The notes under the pieces are model-generated. The model had not been told where the DNA came from. It saw nothing but the letters and a program-made list of their open reading frames with translations, and searched no databases. A program made the translations under genes and the position numbers. A DNA stretch of 64,000 bases from Planctomycetota bacterium (lineage in GTDB: Bacteria > Planctomycetota > UBA11346): NCBI GenBank assembly GCA_038231435.1, contig JBBRLJ010000030.1:1-64000 (forward strand), written 5' to 3'. Positions 1-9,518 of the stretch are shown one piece after another. How positions within the stretch are numbered: position 1 is the stretch's first letter; each line of letters begins with the position of its first letter.

Positions 1-49
1 TCCGCTTTCCGCTTTCCGCTTTCCGCTTTCCGCTTTCCGCTTTCCGCTG
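1..49. repeat. Tandem heptamer array (TCCGCTT)x6 + TCCGCTG, truncated by the window edge, abutting the E2 stop codon
   Basis: Read directly: six perfect 7-nt units at 1-42, TCCGCTG at 43-49, then TCA (minus-strand TGA stop of E2) at 50-52. Confidence 0.95.
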
Positions 50-1282
50 TCACATCCGCTCAGGATGCTCCAACAACTCCGCGATCCCATTGAGCAATCG
101 CGCCGCCGGCCCGCCATCCGCGATGCGATGATCGAAGGTCAGCGTGATCTCGGCTTCGCGCGCCCGATCCCACGATTTCGTGGCCGGATTCCAATCCGGC
201 ATGCTCTTCACCGCGCCGATGCCCAGGATCAGCGCCTGTCCGGGCAGCGGGATGGCGGTGGCCCAGGTCAGGCCGAAGGTGCCGTAGTTCGAGACCGTCG
301 CGACGGCGTCGCCGGCATCGCCGACGCGCCCGTCGCGGCCCTTGGCGATGATCTCCTCGACGATGGTCGTGAGCTTGGCGAGATCGGTCGATTCCACGCG
401 GCGCACCACCGGGGTGAGCACGCCATCCTCGATCTCGACGGCGACGGCGAGGTCGATGGTCGAGGGCTTGAGCAGGCGGTTGCCGAACATCCGGCAGGCG
501 AGGGGGCTGCCCTGGGCGAGCATGAGGGCGAGCGCGCGCATGCCGTAGATGGTCGCGCTCGGCCGGCCCTCGACGGTGCGGCGATGGGCGAGCAGCGCAT
601 CCATGCGCACCGGGCGGGCGATGGTCGCGAGCGGCCGGGTCCACGAGCGGGACATCGCGTTCGCCACCGCTTGGCGCACCGGGCTCATCGGCTCGCCCTG
701 GGCGAGGTAGTGGTCGACATCGGCGGCGCTGATGCGGCCGCCGGCGCCGGTGCCGGGAATGGTCGCGAGGTCGCTGACCTTGAGGCCGGATTCCTGGAGG
801 CGTGTGCGCACGCGCGGGCTGATGTAGGCGCCTTCGCCTGAAGCGGCGCGCAGGGCGGCATGGCCGTTGCCGCCGTCGCGAGCGATCGCGTCGTGGACCG
901 AACTCTCAGCGTGGTGGGCACCCGCATGCGTAGCGCCGTTGGTGGCGCGGCGGGAATCGCGTTGCCGCCGCTTGGCCTTCGGCGTGGTGCCGATGTCGTG
1001 GACGCCGGCGGGGATGGGCGAAGGCGCCGCTTCCTCGACGCCACCCGCGACCTCGATGTAGGCGAGCACGTCGCCGACCGCCAGCTTGTGCCCGGGCTCG
1101 GCGCATTGCTCGGAGAGCCGACCGGCGGCGGGAGCGGCGACGGTCAGCAGCGATTTCTCGGTCTGCACCTCGACCAGTTCCTGCTCGGCCGCCACTTCGG
1201 CGCCGGGTGTGACCAGCCAGGCCACCACGGTGGCTTCCGCGGCCGATTCGCCGAATTGGGGCATCCGCACCGATAGGCGCAT
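50..1282 (-). CDS. 2-oxoacid dehydrogenase E2 subunit (dihydrolipoamide acyltransferase)
   Basis: N-terminal lipoyl domain (MPQFGES...VEVQTEKS), E3/E1-binding domain (ISPRVR...GTGAGGRISAADV), catalytic TVSNYG and DHRIADG motifs. Start taken at ATG 1282 (MRLSVRMP). Confidence 0.9.
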   Translation of the reverse strand: MRLSVRMPQFGESAAEATVVAWLVTPGAEVAAEQELVEVQTEKSLLTVAAPAAGRLSEQCAEPGHKLAVGDVLAYIEVAGGVEEAAPSPIPAGVHDIGTTPKAKRRQRDSRRATNGATHAGAHHAESSVHDAIARDGGNGHAALRAASGEGAYISPRVRTRLQESGLKVSDLATIPGTGAGGRISAADVDHYLAQGEPMSPVRQAVANAMSRSWTRPLATIARPVRMDALLAHRRTVEGRPSATIYGMRALALMLAQGSPLACRMFGNRLLKPSTIDLAVAVEIEDGVLTPVVRRVESTDLAKLTTIVEEIIAKGRDGRVGDAGDAVATVSNYGTFGLTWATAIPLPGQALILGIGAVKSMPDWNPATKSWDRAREAEITLTFDHRIADGGPAARLLNGIAELLEHPERM

Positions 1283-1445
1283 GACGAAGGCTATAAGCAG
1301 CCAGGGCGGCGCCAAGGGCTCATCCGGGCTGGGGACGCAGGAGTGGTGCCGTCCCTCGTGCGTCGTCGGAATCCAGGCCGGACGGCCCGTGCCGCCGATC
1401 AGCCGGCGGTGAGAGGACGGGCCATGGGCACAGGGCCGCGGACGG

Positions 1446-2423
1446 TCAGAAGGAAACGGTCTCGAGCACCGCCTCGGCGATGCGCTCGGCATCCGGGTGG
1501 TGCGCCGCGAACAGGTCGGGATGGAAGGGGATCGGGGTGTCTTGCGCGCACAGCCGCTTCGGTGGCGCGTCGAGATGCTTGAAGGCTTCTGCCGAGACCA
1601 TGGCGACGATCTCGGCGGCGACGCCGCCGAACGGCCAGGACTCGGTCGCGACCACCAGGCGGCCGGTCTTGGCGACCGAGGCCAGGATGGTCTCGGCATC
1701 GAAGGGCCGCACGCAGCGCAGATCGATCACATCGCACTCGATGCCGTGATCGCGTGAGAGCAGCTCGGCGGCACGCAGGCACTCGTGCATCATGCCGCTG
1801 TAGCTCACCACGGTGCAGTCGCCGCCGTCGCGCCGCACCGCGGCGGTGCCCAGGGGCAGGTGCTCGGCGCGGCTCTTGTCGAAGTCAGCCCTGAGGTGGT
1901 AGTACAGGTATTTGTGCTCGCAGAACATCACCGGATCGTCGCAGGCGATCGCATCCTTGAGCATGAAGTAAGCGTCGGCCACCGTCGCCGGAGCGACCAC
2001 CACCAACCCCGGGTGGTGCGACAGCCAGGATTCGGGCATCTGACTATGGAACGGTCCGCCGCCGGGGGTGCCGCCGATGGGCAGGCGCGCGACGAACGGG
2101 CACGACTTTCCAGTCCGCCAATGGAGGACGGCGGCGTTGTTCACGAACTGATTGAAGGCGATGGTGGCGAAATCGGCGAACTGGAATTCGATCACCGGGC
2201 GCATGCCCTCGAGCGCCGCGCCGATGGCGATGCCGGCGATGGCGTCCTCGCTGATCGGGGCATTGAGGACGCGGGTCTTGTGCTTCTCGGCGATGCCCTT
2301 GGTGACCTTGAACGCGCCGCCGAAATTGCCGGCGACGTCCTGGCCGTAGATGAATACGCGCGGGTCCTCGTCGAGGGCCTCGCCGAGCGCCATGCGTAGG
2401 GCTTCCAGATAAGCGACGGTCAC
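1446..2423 (-). CDS. 2-oxoacid dehydrogenase E1 beta subunit (branched-chain/pyruvate type)
   Basis: GQDV..FGGAF, APISEDAIAG, EFQFADF, FHSQ, FCEHK motifs. GTG start overlaps the E1 alpha stop (GTGA). Confidence 0.92.
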   Translation of the reverse strand: MTVAYLEALRMALGEALDEDPRVFIYGQDVAGNFGGAFKVTKGIAEKHKTRVLNAPISEDAIAGIAIGAALEGMRPVIEFQFADFATIAFNQFVNNAAVLHWRTGKSCPFVARLPIGGTPGGGPFHSQMPESWLSHHPGLVVVAPATVADAYFMLKDAIACDDPVMFCEHKYLYYHLRADFDKSRAEHLPLGTAAVRRDGGDCTVVSYSGMMHECLRAAELLSRDHGIECDVIDLRCVRPFDAETILASVAKTGRLVVATESWPFGGVAAEIVAMVSAEAFKHLDAPPKRLCAQDTPIPFHPDLFAAHHPDAERIAEAVLETVSF

Positions 2424-3454
2424 GTCTTCACCTTCTTCAGATCCTTCACCGAGTAGGCGTTCCACTCCTCGGCTTCCGGATCGGGATCGGGCTCGGACTT
2501 GGCCTGCTCGACCGCGCGCTCGATCTCGGCGCGAGCGTCATCCCACATCTTGGCGATCTCGCCTTCGTTGGCGACGCCCTGGATCTTGAGCGTCTTCTCG
2601 CAGAGCTGGATGCAGTCGCCGAAGCGGCTCTTCAACTCGGGGGTGACGTAGCTGGCGTCGTCGTGCAGGCCGTGACCGGCGAGGCGCAGCAGGGTGGCCA
2701 CGACCATCTGGGGGCCGTCGCCGGCGCGCGCGCGCGCCACGGCCTCCTGCATCGTGGCCAGACAGGCATCGGCATCCGTGCCGTCACAGGAGTGCCCGCG
2801 CACGCCGTAGCCGATCGCCCGGTCGACGAGATCCGCGCACGCGAAGCTGCGGTCATTGAAGGTCGAGTACGCCACCTGGTTGTTCGCCACCATCAGCACC
2901 AGTGGCAGCTTCTCCACCGCCGCGGCGTTGAAGCCTTCATGGAAGGCGCCGGCGTTCACGCCGCCGTCGCCGATCGATGTCATGCCGACGGTCAGGTCCT
3001 TGCCCGAGAGCTGACCCTTCATGCGCCGCGCCATCAGCATGCCGGTGACCACCGAGGTCATGGCGCCGAGGTGCGAGATCATCGGCAGCAGGCCGATGTC
3101 GAGGTTGCCGCGATGGATGTTGCCGTCGCGGCCGCGCATCGAGCTGGTGCGCTTGCCCATGCAGGTGCGCGCCACGTCGATGATGGTCTCGCCGAAGGCC
3201 AAGCGGCCCGCCTGGTCGCGGATCAGCGGGGCGAAGATGTCGCCACGGCGCAAACACATGCCGCCAGCGGCGCTGAAGGCCTCTTGCCCGCGTCCGGTGA
3301 AGACGCTGCCCGGGACCAGATTCTGGGCCTTGAGCTTCGACATGCGGTCGTCGATCGCGCGCGCCAGGATCATCCAGCGCAGATGGCGCAGACGCTGGTC
3401 GCTGGTGATAGCGGGCTCGGATCCGCGCGCCTTCATGTCCGGCTGGGGCTTCAC
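2420..3454 (-). CDS. 2-oxoacid dehydrogenase E1 alpha subunit (TPP-dependent)
   Basis: TPP motif GDGG...NN, GQEA, RLAGH..HDD. GTGA overlap with the fabH stop; ATG 3436 is an alternative start. Confidence 0.92.
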   Translation of the reverse strand: MKPQPDMKARGSEPAITSDQRLRHLRWMILARAIDDRMSKLKAQNLVPGSVFTGRGQEAFSAAGGMCLRRGDIFAPLIRDQAGRLAFGETIIDVARTCMGKRTSSMRGRDGNIHRGNLDIGLLPMISHLGAMTSVVTGMLMARRMKGQLSGKDLTVGMTSIGDGGVNAGAFHEGFNAAAVEKLPLVLMVANNQVAYSTFNDRSFACADLVDRAIGYGVRGHSCDGTDADACLATMQEAVARARAGDGPQMVVATLLRLAGHGLHDDASYVTPELKSRFGDCIQLCEKTLKIQGVANEGEIAKMWDDARAEIERAVEQAKSEPDPDPEAEEWNAYSVKDLKKVKT

Positions 3455-4464
3455 GAACGTCCCCAGGTCAGGTAGCAGGCGCCCCAGGTCAGCCCGCCGC
3501 CGAAGGCTGTGAGCAGAACCCGCGATCCGGTCTTCAGGCGGCCGTCGCGCGCGGCTTCGTCGAGGGCCAGGGGGATGGTCCCGGCGGTGGTGTTCGCGAC
3601 GCGATCGATGTTCACCACCACTTTCTCCATCGGCAGCCCGAGGCGCTTGGCCGTGGGTTCGAGGATGCGCAGGTTCGCCTGGTGGGGAACCAGCAGGTCG
3701 ATGTCCGCGGCGGTCAGCGACAGGCGGCCGAGCAGCGTCTCGCAGACCTCGGCCATGCGCCGGATGGCAGCCACGAACACCACCCGGCCGTTCTGCTTGA
3801 TGAACTGGTCACCGCGCTCGAGCGCGGCCGCGGTGGCGGGGATCGCCGAGCCCGAGCAGGGGATGATCAGGTCTGGGCCGCCGGAGCCGTCGGAATGCAT
3901 CTCGAAGTCGACGATGCCGTGGCCCTCGGACGGGCCGGCCTCGACCAGCACCGCGCCGCAGCCGTCGCCGAAGAGGATGCAGGTGTTGCGGTCGCGGTAG
4001 TCGACCCGCGACGACATGACATCGCCACCGATGACCAGGATGCGGCGGCAGCGTCCGCTCTCGATGAAGGCCGTGGCGGTCGAGAGCGCGGCGACGAAGC
4101 CGTTGCAGGCATTCAGCAGGTCGTAGCCCCAGGCGCGCGTGGCGCCGATCTGGTGCTGCACCAGATTGGCGGTCGAGGGCATGACGTAGTCGCCGGTGAT
4201 GGTGGCGACGATGATGCCATCGAGATCGCTCGCGGCGACGCCGGCGCGCTCGAGGCATTGCCGTGCGGCGGCCACGGCGAGATGGGACAAGGCTTGGCCG
4301 GGAGCGACCAGCCGCCGCTCGCGGATGCCGGTACGGGACACGATCCACTCGTCGTTGGTGTCGACCATGCGCTCGAGGTCGGCGTTGGTCAGCCGGCGCT
4401 CGGGCAGGGCCGTCCCTGTCGCCACGCACTGGGCGCGCTGATGGCCGCGGACTGGGTGAGGCAT
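3451..4464 (-). CDS. fabH: 3-oxoacyl-ACP synthase III (FabH)
   Basis: Catalytic triad contexts NACNGF, PHQAN, ANTTAG; DEWIVSRTGIRERR; AFGGGLTWGA. Confidence 0.93.
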   Translation of the reverse strand: MPHPVRGHQRAQCVATGTALPERRLTNADLERMVDTNDEWIVSRTGIRERRLVAPGQALSHLAVAAARQCLERAGVAASDLDGIIVATITGDYVMPSTANLVQHQIGATRAWGYDLLNACNGFVAALSTATAFIESGRCRRILVIGGDVMSSRVDYRDRNTCILFGDGCGAVLVEAGPSEGHGIVDFEMHSDGSGGPDLIIPCSGSAIPATAAALERGDQFIKQNGRVVFVAAIRRMAEVCETLLGRLSLTAADIDLLVPHQANLRILEPTAKRLGLPMEKVVVNIDRVANTTAGTIPLALDEAARDGRLKTGSRVLLTAFGGGLTWGACYLTWGRS

Positions 4465-4628
4465 GAGGCTCCGGAAGATGGCCGGCGGGCGCGGTCGTCC
4501 GCCGCCGAAGCGGCGCGGAGTCTATGGGGACCTCCGCTTTAGGCAAACAGGCGGGGACTGCGGACGGCCGGTCCAAGCCCGCGCCAAGGCCTGTGGCGTG
4601 TCTGGGGTTGCGACGGTCACATATCTCC

Positions 4629-5690
4629 ATGACGACTCCATCCCCGTCCCCATCGCATGAGCCAGCCCGGCGGCGACGCTGGCCTTGGTTCCTGCTCCTG
4701 GGTGTAGTTCTGATAGTGGCGACTGCGGTAGTCGTCGCCCCAGCGGCTGCGTGCCGATATGTGAGGGGGCGTTGTCCCTTGGACCTGGGCCACCACTACG
4801 TGCTCACCGGTGCCAGCATCACGAATGCTTCACCGGCTGCTCAGGCGACCTTGGCGATGACTCCTGGCCGGGCGCGGCGCTTGGCCGACTCCTTGGACGG
4901 CATGTGGCTTCCACCCGGGCTGGTGAGGCCAGGTCTGAACTTCGACGGGACCGGGCGACTGCCGCGCGACCTGGTGCCGTTCACCTGGAAGGCCAACGTG
5001 GTGTCGGGCGGCCCCAGGCCAGTGCTGGCACTGCGCCTGACCCGCGACGAGGCGAACGACCTCTTCAGCCCCTTCCGCCGATTCCCCATCGATCGCGATC
5101 GTGGGATGTTCTTCTCGTATGTCCTGCATGACGCCAGCATACACGACGACGATCGGCCGGGGCAGGGGCCCGACCACCGGCGCCTGCGCGTCGACGCCAC
5201 TGGCGAGATGTGCTTCGAGTGGGGCCGCTGGCGGCATCGCATCGAAGTCCGGCGATTCACTGCCCACCTCGATTGGACCTTCGAGCACGTCGCCCGTGGA
5301 TTGAAACCGGGGTGCGTGATGACCATCGATGCGGTTGACGCCGACCTGCCGCATGTGCCGTTCATCACGGATTGGGATGCCCAATGGCGCACGCTCGAAG
5401 CCTCGGCCAACAAGAGTTTCGCCAAGCACCTCAGCAAGCACGCGCTGCCGGAAGGGAGCCCGATCGAGGCGTTGGTCGACGGGTTGATCGGTGATGGTGT
5501 CGCTGCCTCCGCCTCCGCCTCCGCCGAGCCAGCCGCGGCGGCCAAAGCCGGCGACGCGGTCTCCTCCGCCAAGGCGGGCAAGGCGGGCGAGGCGGACGGA
5601 ACTGTCGCCGATCTCGCGGTCTCGGCCTCCGCCTGGGTCACGGGAGGTCGTGCGGCGGCACCATTGCGGCAAGCCGGCGCGAGCTTCTGA
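4629..5690 (+). CDS. Membrane-anchored hypothetical protein, paralog of the next gene
   Basis: RRRRWPW followed by a hydrophobic helix, beta-rich body, Ala-rich tail; aligns by eye with 5698-6696. Start at ATG 4629 inferred. Confidence 0.7.
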   Translation: MTTPSPSPSHEPARRRRWPWFLLLGVVLIVATAVVVAPAAACRYVRGRCPLDLGHHYVLTGASITNASPAAQATLAMTPGRARRLADSLDGMWLPPGLVRPGLNFDGTGRLPRDLVPFTWKANVVSGGPRPVLALRLTRDEANDLFSPFRRFPIDRDRGMFFSYVLHDASIHDDDRPGQGPDHRRLRVDATGEMCFEWGRWRHRIEVRRFTAHLDWTFEHVARGLKPGCVMTIDAVDADLPHVPFITDWDAQWRTLEASANKSFAKHLSKHALPEGSPIEALVDGLIGDGVAASASASAEPAAAAKAGDAVSSAKAGKAGEADGTVADLAVSASAWVTGGRAAAPLRQAGASF

Positions 5691-5697
5691 TGACAGC

Positions 5698-6696
5698 ATG
5701 CCCCGCGAGCGCTCCGATCGACAGCGCGCGCTGAACCAGACTCAAGCTCCTGCTCCAGCTACGGAACCCGGGCACCGTGGGGGCCTGCCACCGTGGCTCA
5801 TGCGACTCGGCCGGCTGGATCGGGTCGCTCCGGAAGCGGCGCGGACCGCGCCCAGGAAACGCTGGCCGCGGTGGCTGGCATGGTTCGCCGCCTGTCTGGT
5901 GGCTCTGTACATCCTCGCTCCGTACGCTGCCATCGGCATCGCCGCGAGCTACCTGCCGCGCGATCTCGGCGATGGCATGGCCATCACCGAGGTGCGCTCG
6001 TTCGCAGCCGTAGAGCCCGCGAACCTGGCGATGTACATACGTCCGGGCCGCGCGCGCCTTCTTGCGAGATCGGCCCAAGGATGGTGGTTGCCGCCATGGA
6101 TCCTGCGCGCCGGCCAGAACGCCGGCGGCACTCTCGCGGTGCAGTCGGAGACCGCCACGGTCGACCTGTTCTGGAGAGCGATCATCAGCGGGGGCGAGCC
6201 GCGGCCGACGCTGGTGATGAGATTCACCACCAGGCAGGCGGCCGCGTTGCTGGCACCGTACTCGACCATCGACCTGGATCCCGCGCGCGGCATCGCGCTC
6301 TCCTACGCCGTCGATCGCTCCGAGATCCGCCTCGAGGATCGCGTCGAGGGCGCGGAACCGGCCTGGAACCTCCGCGTCGAGGCCTCGGGCAGGATCGGCC
6401 TGACCATTGCCGGCATCGCCGAGGAGGTCCCGGTGTCGCGCCTGCTCGCGCATCTGCGCGTGCGCTTTGCCCCCGATCCACACGGCTGGATCCCATCGGC
6501 GGTGCTGACCATCGAAGCGATCGATTCCCCGACCACCGACATGCCCATGGTCACCGCGCCAGCGACGCGCCGCCAGCTCGAAGGCATGATCAATGTCATC
6601 CTCAAGCGCCGTCTCGCGCGCCTGACCCTGCCACCCTGGTTCCCGACCGACGCCGTGGTGGAAGGCCACGTGGCGCCGGACGGGCTGCAGGAGTGA
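5698..6696 (+). CDS. Membrane-anchored hypothetical protein, paralog of the previous gene
   Basis: RKRWPRW plus TM helix; shared PGRAR, WLPP, SGG.PRP.L, LRV.A.G and TI.A.D motifs. ATG 7 nt after the upstream stop. Confidence 0.7.
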   Translation: MPRERSDRQRALNQTQAPAPATEPGHRGGLPPWLMRLGRLDRVAPEAARTAPRKRWPRWLAWFAACLVALYILAPYAAIGIAASYLPRDLGDGMAITEVRSFAAVEPANLAMYIRPGRARLLARSAQGWWLPPWILRAGQNAGGTLAVQSETATVDLFWRAIISGGEPRPTLVMRFTTRQAAALLAPYSTIDLDPARGIALSYAVDRSEIRLEDRVEGAEPAWNLRVEASGRIGLTIAGIAEEVPVSRLLAHLRVRFAPDPHGWIPSAVLTIEAIDSPTTDMPMVTAPATRRQLEGMINVILKRRLARLTLPPWFPTDAVVEGHVAPDGLQE

Positions 6697-6726
6697 ACAC
6701 GAGGGGGCCGAGCCACCATCCAGCTT

Positions 6727-6840
6727 TCCGCTTTCCGCTTTCCGCTTTCCGCTATCCGCTATCCGCTATCCGCTATCCGCTATCCGCTATCCGCTATCCG
6801 CTATCCGCTGTCATCTTCAGTCTTCAGTCTTCCATCTTCT
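6727..6840. repeat. Tandem heptamer array (TCCGCTT)x3 (TCCGCTA)x8 TCCGCTG followed by (TCTTCAG)-type heptamers
   Basis: Read directly: 12 in-register units at 6727-6810, then TCA TCTTCAG TCTTCAG TCTTCCA TCTTCT. Confidence 0.95.
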
Positions 6841-6930
6841 CCTTCCCCAATCCTTCCTCGCAGCCCTCCGATTTACGGCTCCCCATCCCTCGGGGCCCAG
6901 GTATGAATCCTCCCCCTCGGAAATCGACTT

Positions 6931-8373
6931 ATGACCGTCCGCGTCCGCATCGCTCCCTCGCCCACCGGCGATCCCCATGTCGGGACCGCCTACATCGGCA
7001 TGATCAACTACTGCTTCGCCCGGAAGCACGGCGGGAAGTTCGTGCTGCGCATCGAGGACACCGACCAGTCGCGCTGCACCGAAGCTTCTGCGCAGGCGAT
7101 CTATGCGAGCATGCGCTGGCTGGGCCTGAACTACGACGAGGGTCCCGACGTCGGCGGCGATCGCGGCCCGTACGTGCAGAGCGAGCGCGTGAAGCTGAAC
7201 ATCTATCGGAAATACGCCGAGCAGCTCATCAAGCAGGGTGACGCGTACTATTGTTTCTGCACAGCCCGCGAGCTCGAGTCGATGAAGTCCCGCCAACGCG
7301 CCGCCGGCGAGCCGATCATGTACGACCGCCGCCACCGCGGCATGGATCTCGCCGAGGCCAAGGCGCGCGTCGCCGCGGGAGATCCGTACGTCATCCGCCT
7401 GAAGGTGCCGCTCGAGGGCGAGAACGTCTATAAGGACCGCCTGCGCAAGCAGCCGGTCGTGAAGGCATGGAAGGAGATCGACGACCAGGTGCTGCTGAAG
7501 AGCGACGGCTGGCCGACCTACCATCTCGCGGCGGTCGTCGACGATCATTTGATGGGCATCACCCATGTGATCCGCGCCGAGGAGTGGCTCAACAGCCTGC
7601 CGAAGCACGTGCTGCTCAACGCCAAGCTCGGCTTCACCGCGCCCGAGTACGTGCACGTCGGGCTCCTGCGAAATGCCGACAAGAGCAAGATATCGAAGCG
7701 CAAGAACCCCACCAATCTCATGTGGTACCGCGCGCAGGGTTTCCTGCCCGAGGCGCTGCTGAATTTCCTCGCCACCCTCGGCCACAGCTTTCCCGATGGC
7801 CGCGAGAAGTTCACCCTCGACGAACTGATCGCGGTGTTCGACCTCGACCGCATCAACGTCGCTGGGCCGGTGTTCGATCTCACCAAGCTGCGCCACCTCC
7901 AGGGCCAGTATTTCCGTGAGCTCAGCCCTGAGCGCATGAAGGCCGAGATCCATCGCGCGCTCGACGAGCGCGTCGATCAGCTGCTGCCGCTAGTGCGCGA
8001 GCGCATGTCCTTCGGCGGTGATTTCATCGCCCAGACCGAGCCGTTCTTCGCCGACACGGTGTCGCCGCACGTCGACGATCTGGTCCCCAAGGGTTGGGAC
8101 AAGGCGCAGGCGAAGGCCGCGCTCGAAGCCGTGCAGCTGGTGGTGAAGAACCATGCCGCGGCTGAGAACGCGGTGTGGGACGTGCCCTCGCTCGAGGCGC
8201 TGGTGCGCGCGTTGGCCGAGGAGAAGGAGTGGCAGCCGAAACAGCTGTTCATGACCCTGCGCGTGGCGCTCACGGGCAAGCGCGAGTCGCCGCCGTTATT
8301 CGACACCATGGCCGCGCTCGGGCATACCAAGTGCATCGACCGGTTGGGGCTGGCGCAGCAGAAACTCCGCTAA
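6931..8373 (+). CDS. gltX: Glutamate--tRNA ligase
   Basis: RIAPSPTGDPHVG (HIGH), LRIEDTD, YCFCT, PTYHLA..VDD, KISKR (KMSKS), RVALTG...SPPLF. Confidence 0.97.
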   Translation: MTVRVRIAPSPTGDPHVGTAYIGMINYCFARKHGGKFVLRIEDTDQSRCTEASAQAIYASMRWLGLNYDEGPDVGGDRGPYVQSERVKLNIYRKYAEQLIKQGDAYYCFCTARELESMKSRQRAAGEPIMYDRRHRGMDLAEAKARVAAGDPYVIRLKVPLEGENVYKDRLRKQPVVKAWKEIDDQVLLKSDGWPTYHLAAVVDDHLMGITHVIRAEEWLNSLPKHVLLNAKLGFTAPEYVHVGLLRNADKSKISKRKNPTNLMWYRAQGFLPEALLNFLATLGHSFPDGREKFTLDELIAVFDLDRINVAGPVFDLTKLRHLQGQYFRELSPERMKAEIHRALDERVDQLLPLVRERMSFGGDFIAQTEPFFADTVSPHVDDLVPKGWDKAQAKAALEAVQLVVKNHAAAENAVWDVPSLEALVRALAEEKEWQPKQLFMTLRVALTGKRESPPLFDTMAALGHTKCIDRLGLAQQKLR

Positions 8374-8465
8374 TCCTCGCCGGTGGGGTGCATCGGCGAC
8401 CCGCCTGGCGCACTCCTCTGCACCGAGTGGATTGAATCGCCGCCCGGATCGGCGATGGTTGGGAG

Positions 8466-9518
8466 ATGATCCCTGACGGCCTGAATCCGCGTTCGTGGGC
8501 CCTGGGCATCGTCGTCGCCGTCGGCCTCATGGGTTTCTGCCAGCAGAGCTGCCTGCTGACCTACGCGTTGTGGTCCGGCTCCGATAGCAGCACCCGCACC
8601 ACGCGCACGGTACTCGCCCATGGCGATGGCGCGGCGAGCGGCGTGTGGGCTGACGAGGACCGCACGCTCGGCGTGGTGTTCGCTCCGACCGACGCCCCAG
8701 ATCACCCCCGACAGATCAGCGTGGGCTGGGACGCATTCCCCGCCGGCGAGCTGCGCCAGGCGCTCGGCTCAGAGATGGTGGATTCGGTCGAACGCATCGA
8801 CATCGCCGACACGGCGGCGGACCACACCGACGAGTGCACCTTCTCGATCACCGTCCGTCTCCGACCGCTCGAAGGCCTGGCCATCGTCGAGCCGTGGGTC
8901 GACGATGGCGGTGACTGGCTGACGCTGGGGAGTGACCACCAGCAACCAGACGGATTCGCCGCGCTCGAAAGCGCCTTCGCGCCGTACAGCGCGCCGCTGC
9001 GGCTCATGCTCAAGGAGCGCGAGATCACGCCCGACCGCGCCGCGGCCACCTGGCGTATTCGCGACGCCTTGGGACATCCGTGGAGTGGATTCGATCCTGC
9101 CGCGTCGACCGCCGCGCCCGTCCCCGGCAGCGTGGCAGTACGCATCGCGCCGATCGCTGGCCGGCCGCCGTTCGATCCGTTCGTGGTCACCGTGCCGTGC
9201 GACCTCGCCGCCACCGCGCGGCTGTTTTCGCTCAATGGCGGCGGCGGCTTCTTCGCCGGCACATGCCATCTCTCCTGGCGCGGCCAGCTCGACCACCACC
9301 TCGGGACCAGCGAGGCCGAGGTCGCTGAAGTGCGCAGCCTGATCACGTTCGCCAAACCTGCCGAATTCCATTGGACGCTCACCGAGAACAAGACCACCAC
9401 CAATGTCGGCGCCGCCTTCGCCAACGGCGCCCGCATCATCTTCACTCCCGTGACGGTGGCGATCGACATCGTGCTGCTACCAGTGTATTTCATCGTCCTG
9501 CTCGCCGTGTTCCATTGA
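8466..9518 (+). CDS. Hypothetical membrane/exported protein
   Basis: 350-aa ORF with GGGAG upstream, N-terminal hydrophobic segment and C-terminal TPVTVAIDIVLLPV hydrophobic motif (YceK/YidQ-like tail). Confidence 0.6.
   Translation: MIPDGLNPRSWALGIVVAVGLMGFCQQSCLLTYALWSGSDSSTRTTRTVLAHGDGAASGVWADEDRTLGVVFAPTDAPDHPRQISVGWDAFPAGELRQALGSEMVDSVERIDIADTAADHTDECTFSITVRLRPLEGLAIVEPWVDDGGDWLTLGSDHQQPDGFAALESAFAPYSAPLRLMLKEREITPDRAAATWRIRDALGHPWSGFDPAASTAAPVPGSVAVRIAPIAGRPPFDPFVVTVPCDLAATARLFSLNGGGGFFAGTCHLSWRGQLDHHLGTSEAEVAEVRSLITFAKPAEFHWTLTENKTTTNVGAAFANGARIIFTPVTVAIDIVLLPVYFIVLLAVFH

Noticed and set aside
6727..6840. CRISPR array
   Set aside because: Contiguous 7-nt units with no spacers; no cas genes.
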